Assembly (NCBI GenBank): GCA_964057225.1
Contig: OZ059894.1
Location: forward strand, 15,996,001-16,060,000
Length of the DNA: 64,000 nucleotides
Reading direction: 5' to 3'
Origin: Auanema rhodensis
Lineage: Eukaryota > Animalia > Nematoda
Position numbers and translations under genes: made by a program. The notes under the pieces are model-generated. The model searched no databases and was not told the origin of the DNA. It was given only the letters and a program-made list of their open reading frames with translations. Below, piece by piece: positions 58,101-64,000 of the stretch; position 1 is the first letter of the stretch, and the number at the start of each line of letters is the position of its first letter.

Positions 58101-61100
58101 GTTGGTGGCTCAAAAATGTGAAAGGAGAGAAAGGATTGAAGAAAGTCTTTGAAAGCAAGAATCCAAATGATTGTGCTTTGAATAGCTATAATAGAAAATG
58201 TAATTAAGAATCAAAAAAATTGAAATGTTCAAGCAAATATATAATGAAATGAGTGAAAACTATTAAAGTACTTTGAAATTAGGTAAAATAACAATATTAT
58301 ATATTATTTAAAAGAATAATAAAAGAATATTATATGAAATGAAACATAAGAGAAGAATAACTTCTCTTTCTTCTATCTTTTTCTCACTCATTTCAGTTTA
58401 AGAGTCATAGATGGAAATAGAAGAAAAGAGAGAAAGAGAGCAGTAACCGAAGCCTGACTCACAGGTCAATTAGGAGCAGTGAGATGAAGAGCAGAAGGAG
58501 GAGCCAATGTACTAGCATGAGATCTCATCATTTCGTTTTCATTCATCAATTGACCACCCAGTTTCATATTTTTCATTTCGAAATGCTTCTGTCACTCAAC
58601 AGACATTATGATTTCAAACTAATAATTTCCTTTTTTCTTCATGAAGAATTAGAAACAAAGGAATGCTATAGCACAAAAATAGTTTAAAATGTTTCAAATA
58701 ACATAAGACGCTAAGAAGAATTTCTTATTAGTACAAGACTTGGGAAACATTTCTCACAATTTTCATGCTGAGACACACACAATTGATTTGGAGAACAAGC
58801 TCTAAAATCTATTTGATCCAATGTGCCACAAATGAATGTCCAGAATGTTGACCGGGTGGTCTAACATTAGTTTTCAGTATGAATATAGATTCAATTGTAA
58901 TAATTAAAACTAAACATTAAAATTTATGAAATATAGATTTTATAAACCGTATAGAATGATTTTGAGAGTCATCTGGGGCTCAGTTGCAGTAATTCCGACT
59001 AAGAAGTTGGACCGTAGAGACTGCCAGTTGAACAGATTGCCATCAGATAACAATTTCTTGATGCTATCATGTAGACATAGCATCAGGCTTAAGAAGTTTA
59101 AGAATCCAACAATACAACGAGAGGGCAACAAGAGATGAGTAATAAACAGGAAGGAGCAGGAAGAGAAGGACGGGGTTGCAAGAAGGATAGCCATCCAAGG
59201 ATACAACCGCTCTGACAATCGAAACAACAAAAAATAAAATAAAATTGAATGTAATATCCTACGTCAAACGTGAATTGTTTGAGAATTTAGCTTAAAAGCT
59301 TTACTAAAAAAGGAAAAGAAATCAAGAAATTCGGATTCAAAGACAATAGGGTTGAATTAGATTTCCAATAACTTTGACTTAGGTGGCACATAAGTTACAA
59401 GTTACTAACAGAAAACTATCGAAAGAGCATTTTAAGATTTTTATTCTTTCTAGATGTCATGCAACATCCAGATAAAACTGCTATTTCATCTTTTATGTAA
59501 TCCCGGAAGAGTGAAGGAGACAATCACATAGTTAAATAGACGAAAAAATCTTTTTTTTTCTGCTTCAAAAGATCAAATAAGGAAGAATGATATTGAAGAA
59601 AATTGCAGAAAAATATAGTTATCACATTTGAAATATTTAGTTTACGAAACATGTGCAATAGGAAGTGAGATTAAATTTCAAAGCATTTAAATGCTTTCAA
59701 AAATGTTTTTTCTCAAGTTTTGTTTTTGAAACTTCAATTTTATATTGAGAAATAAAAATATCTTTTAAAGAAAATCTACAAAGAGGGTTTTCGTTCAGAA
59801 CCAGACTTAGAAATGAAATAAGATATGGAATGCTTAATCTATAGTACGAATATTGTAACTTCAATGATCATATATATATATATATATGTTCTTCAACAGG
59901 TTTCTAAGCTTTTTCTGTTAGTATACTAGAGAATTAATGAAATTTTAAAAGATTAACCCATCCCATTTAAAGCTTGTTATGGCTTCTCCTCAAAGATTTT
60001 TTGAATTTTACCTATGGCTTCAGTTTAAATATCAAAATTATACATGAAACCAAAAAAAAATAGTTAAGATTGAAATAGGATAAGATAAATAGAAAGGTTT
60101 TACTGAAGTTCTAAATATGGGGAAGATGCTACTATACCGCTGCTGACTAGCCGGCTAATTGTTTTTTCTGTCGCCAAATGAGGCCAAAACCGGGAAAATT
60201 TCCAAAAACGGAAGAAAATAGAGAAATAGAAAAAGCTTGATGAAGTTATGAGAATTAGAGAAAAACAGAACATGAGGAATAGCTTTCAGAGAGTCATATA
60301 ATCGGGGAGAGCACGATACATGTTGAAATAGAAGAAAAAGCTCAAGCACTATCCCAAAAATGTTTATGAGTAGGAAGAACATAAAAATGAAAAACGACAA
60401 AATGAAAGCTAGAAGTGAGAGAAATTGATGTTTTATGAAGATAAACTACTTTAAACTGGTACGAAGAGGTAGAAAAGGAAGAAGAAAATAGAAAATGAGA
60501 CTAAAGGCTTGATGAAGTGGTCCAAAATAGAGAATATCCACGAAAAGTAGAAAAGAATTTTAGCTGCTAATGAGGATGATCATGACATAAAATAAGAGAT
60601 AATGATATAATGAAATAACTACATCAATAGAATATATAGAACATCAGTTATGGATTTAAAATATCAAAAAAAATTGAAAATAAACTAAGAAAATTTGTAA
60701 TAAATATAATATTAAAAATATTTTTATCAAGATTATAATAATAATAATAATAATAATATAGTTATTAATATACTAAAGTATATCTTCAAATGTCAGTAAA
60801 TATCAAAAATAATATAGCTAATATGATAAATATAGAGATATAAACTACATAATATACAATACAAACTTCAAAAGAAAAAATATATCAACTATACATCTAT
60901 ATATATTCTTTTATTTTCAAATACAAACGGAAAAGGCTATGAATATTTGTAGTTTTTTCACCTAATATGACATTGCTCTTGAGAAAAAGTGAAAATATTT
61001 GAAAGTTTATACAAGGACAGAGAATACCTGAAACATGTACATATCTACATGAAACATGAGCATCTGTCTCCTAACATGGGAAAGCTAATCGCATCCGACT

Positions 61101-64000
61101 CTAATGACCGAAAGATACGAAAAGTGAACGCCAGATGGCCATATGAGAGGGAGGGGCAGAGAATTAGAGAGAAAGAGAATGAAAATGAGAGAGAAGACTT
61201 ATATGAAATCTAATGCGAGAGAGTACAAAGATGTAAGTGAGGGAGAAAAGAGGTAAAGCTCATGTCATAACAGTCACTGTCAAGCAACCATGCACGTTAT
61301 GAACGTTTAAGCAATATGAGAAACAATGTCAATCAGTTATGATGAGACAGCTTATCGAATAGAGAAGAATATGACAACGATTCTGTAAATGAATACGGAT
61401 TAGATCATGCAGCTCTTACAAGATTGATTCAGTGGCAAATTGGCTTGTCTACAAGTCATTTAATTGCAAAATTGGTTAGTAGAAATCATTATTCAAAGTT
61501 TCTACAACATCATAGCTCATTTGAGGGTATATCTTGAATATATCCAATGCTTCTTATAAAGTCCCCTTTAGCACAGATTTTTTGGTCATAGAATACTATA
61601 TAGATTATTCAAATTTAGGAACATATGATGCCATCGTCTGTCATCTTCAACTGGACGTAGGTAATCCATTTAGATGGTGCAAGAGGGTTGCATGGTATGA
61701 GTATAGTTGAAAGAGTGGAAGAGATTCCTATTGAAGTTAAGTAGACATGATGAATTTGAGTTGTGGCTCGAGACGACGTCCAAATTTAAGCTCATCAGAA
61801 TGTTATAACAGATGTAGGAAGAATATATACATATACATATATATGCGATATAATCAGATATAAATACATGTGTCATCTACATGCTTAATGGTTTTGATTT
61901 AACTATATATGTATTCAAATGAGTTAGTATAGTTAATGTTATACACTTTCCTGTTATGATAAACTTAATAAATTCTATGAGTTTTGTATATTTAAGTTTA
62001 AGAGAGAAGATACAAGAAAGAGCTTACGTCAAAGATCGCGTTTCAGGAAAAAAAACTAATTTCATGCATCAGATAGTAGATGAGTGAAATGTTGTAGAAG
62101 TTAGTTTCTCATTTTCGGTAACAATATAAACGAAACTTACTAATAAAATAAATAGGAAATACAGATAGATTTGATAGATTGTAAAATGAGGTAAAATCGG
62201 GATAAACATTAAAAGACAAGGTAACCTGCTCCAGGGGTAGTGGCATGCCTAAATAGGCTCCTATTTGTCTCCTGAAGGACATGAACCATTCATTAGGTTT
62301 GCCAGGTACTCTATAGGCTACTGTCCATTTTGTCCCTCAAACCTATTCCCTTCTCCTCTCTCCTTCTCTCTTAACTCAAGTCTCCTCTCATCTTCCAGCA
62401 TTCTTAAATGGTAGCCACTTAGATATGACCGGAAAGATTATAATAAGGTTTTCGGTTCATATGTGTCCATATTTGAGTGTAAGTCCTCTCAGATTCTATT
62501 CAGATGAATTTACCTCAATGTCTTCTAATGTGTAGGGACTTGAAGCCTCTTTACTCTCGAAAAGATGGTTTGCTTCTAAAAGGAAATGAGCTACCCATTA
62601 AACGATAGATTATTTGGCTCCAAAACAGCAATAACACACATTTCAAAAAGTGAAAAGATGAAATGAGATAAACCGAGAGAAACAATAGAAAATAAAAATA
62701 AAAGAGGGCTCAAAAGGAAAAAACCATAAATACGACAAAAAAAAAGAGAATTTCCTCTGTGATTCGTGAACTGAAACCACAACGACCATGTAAAGCTTTC
62801 ATGCTCGTTTTTGCTTTTATAAAAGATGATGGTAGCAGCTGGTCAGGCAGTTAGTCAGTTACTGCCAGCTATGCTCATAATGTGTATCTTATACATCTGA
62901 AGAATGAATATCTTCTTTTGGTTGTCTGTTCTCTCTTCATCTTTCCTTCTATTATTCTATCAACGTTATCTTATTGCTACAGATCTTATTAAAAACCGTG
63001 ACGAAACGCAATTAAATGACGAGACGTAATTAATATTAAGCAAATCTATCTAAGGAGTTAATGAGAATATAAGATGAGTCCACCACAAGACATATAGCAT
63101 AGACAATGAAATAAGAACATATCAATTCATTTCTTTACAATCTATTACATTAACATAACTATATGTATATGCATATATATATATATATAAACATATGCTT
63201 AACTATAGAATAAGGTATAGATTAAGATCAATAGATAATAATTAGTTTGTTTTATGAGATATATCTATATCTATCTATATATATTGCTGATTGTTTATAA
63301 AAATAGATTAAAAGCTATTATTTTCATAAACAATATTAGAATGCAATTGATTGAAACAGTAAAATGAAAATTACTTTAAGATTTTATAATTATAAGAATA
63401 ATTCAATTATAGAAAATAATTATATATAGCCAATAGAAATGCTCCAAATGAGCTATGTTTATTTAGATTTTAAATTCATTATGATATTATTAATTTTTTT
63501 TCAATGTTTTTCACAAATTCAATCTAATATTCCAAAAGAATCGGATGTAAATATTAACGTTTCACGCAAATACTCAGTATTTCCTTTTCAGTTCATGAAG
63601 ATACACTGGTTGCGTTTTGTAAATTACATGATATAAGACTAAATTGATAAATTATTTCTACATTTCTATAATATATGAATTATTTGGTTTATTTATGAAT
63701 TTTAACAATTATTATTTTAGTCAACATCTTGACAAATAGCTAGAAAAAGCGAGTGAAACACAATTACGATGACCTATTGAAGAAACAGATTACGTAACCG
63801 TATGGCACATCCCTAACAGACAGCTGAGATTCTGTGAATTTGTATAAAGGAAAGGTCGAGCCCAGATTGGGGATTACCAACCAGCCTATCCTCCTAGAAC
63901 CAGCTATGAACCAAATGTCGCTGGGAAAATTGGCAACCAAGAAAAATACTTGAATGCAGTCACAATAATTCTTCTTCAAAAGTAATCTGTGAATCTCACC

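Noticed and set aside
55105-64000. Possible additional gene upstream of max-1, including ORFs at 58926-59230, 60989 and 63764-63979
   Set aside because: No recognisable protein motifs or consistent exon chain. A gene starting beyond the window edge cannot be excluded.

Overview
AT-rich eukaryotic genomic DNA from a nematode, probably a rhabditid: many 40-60 nt GT-AG introns with TTTCAG-type acceptors, a cuticle collagen, and close protein similarity to C. elegans genes as I recall them. The supplied ORF track shows only exon fragments, so I spliced the genes by hand. Six conserved multi-exon genes are present: slo-1 BK channel (+, 2606-16098, with alternative exons at sites A, B and C), a cuticle collagen (+, 17273-18639, start codon split by an intron), sec-23 (+, 19150-23173), an NCX Na+/Ca2+ exchanger, probably ncx-1 (-, 23554-27877), a TWK/K2P potassium channel (-, 34948-37914) and max-1 (PH-PH-MyTH4-FERM; -, 40339-55096, ~9.7 kb first intron). 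The most interesting find is a seventh gene: a two-exon, 87-aa secreted neuropeptide precursor nested antisense in sec-23 intron 5 (19991-20303). It is predicted to release an amidated peptide, (R)SRIGGNIVM-NH2, and the peptide only appears after removing a 49-nt intron. The rest is intron and intergenic DNA with many GA/CT and TA microsatellites. I found no tRNA, rRNA, CRISPR array or intact transposon.
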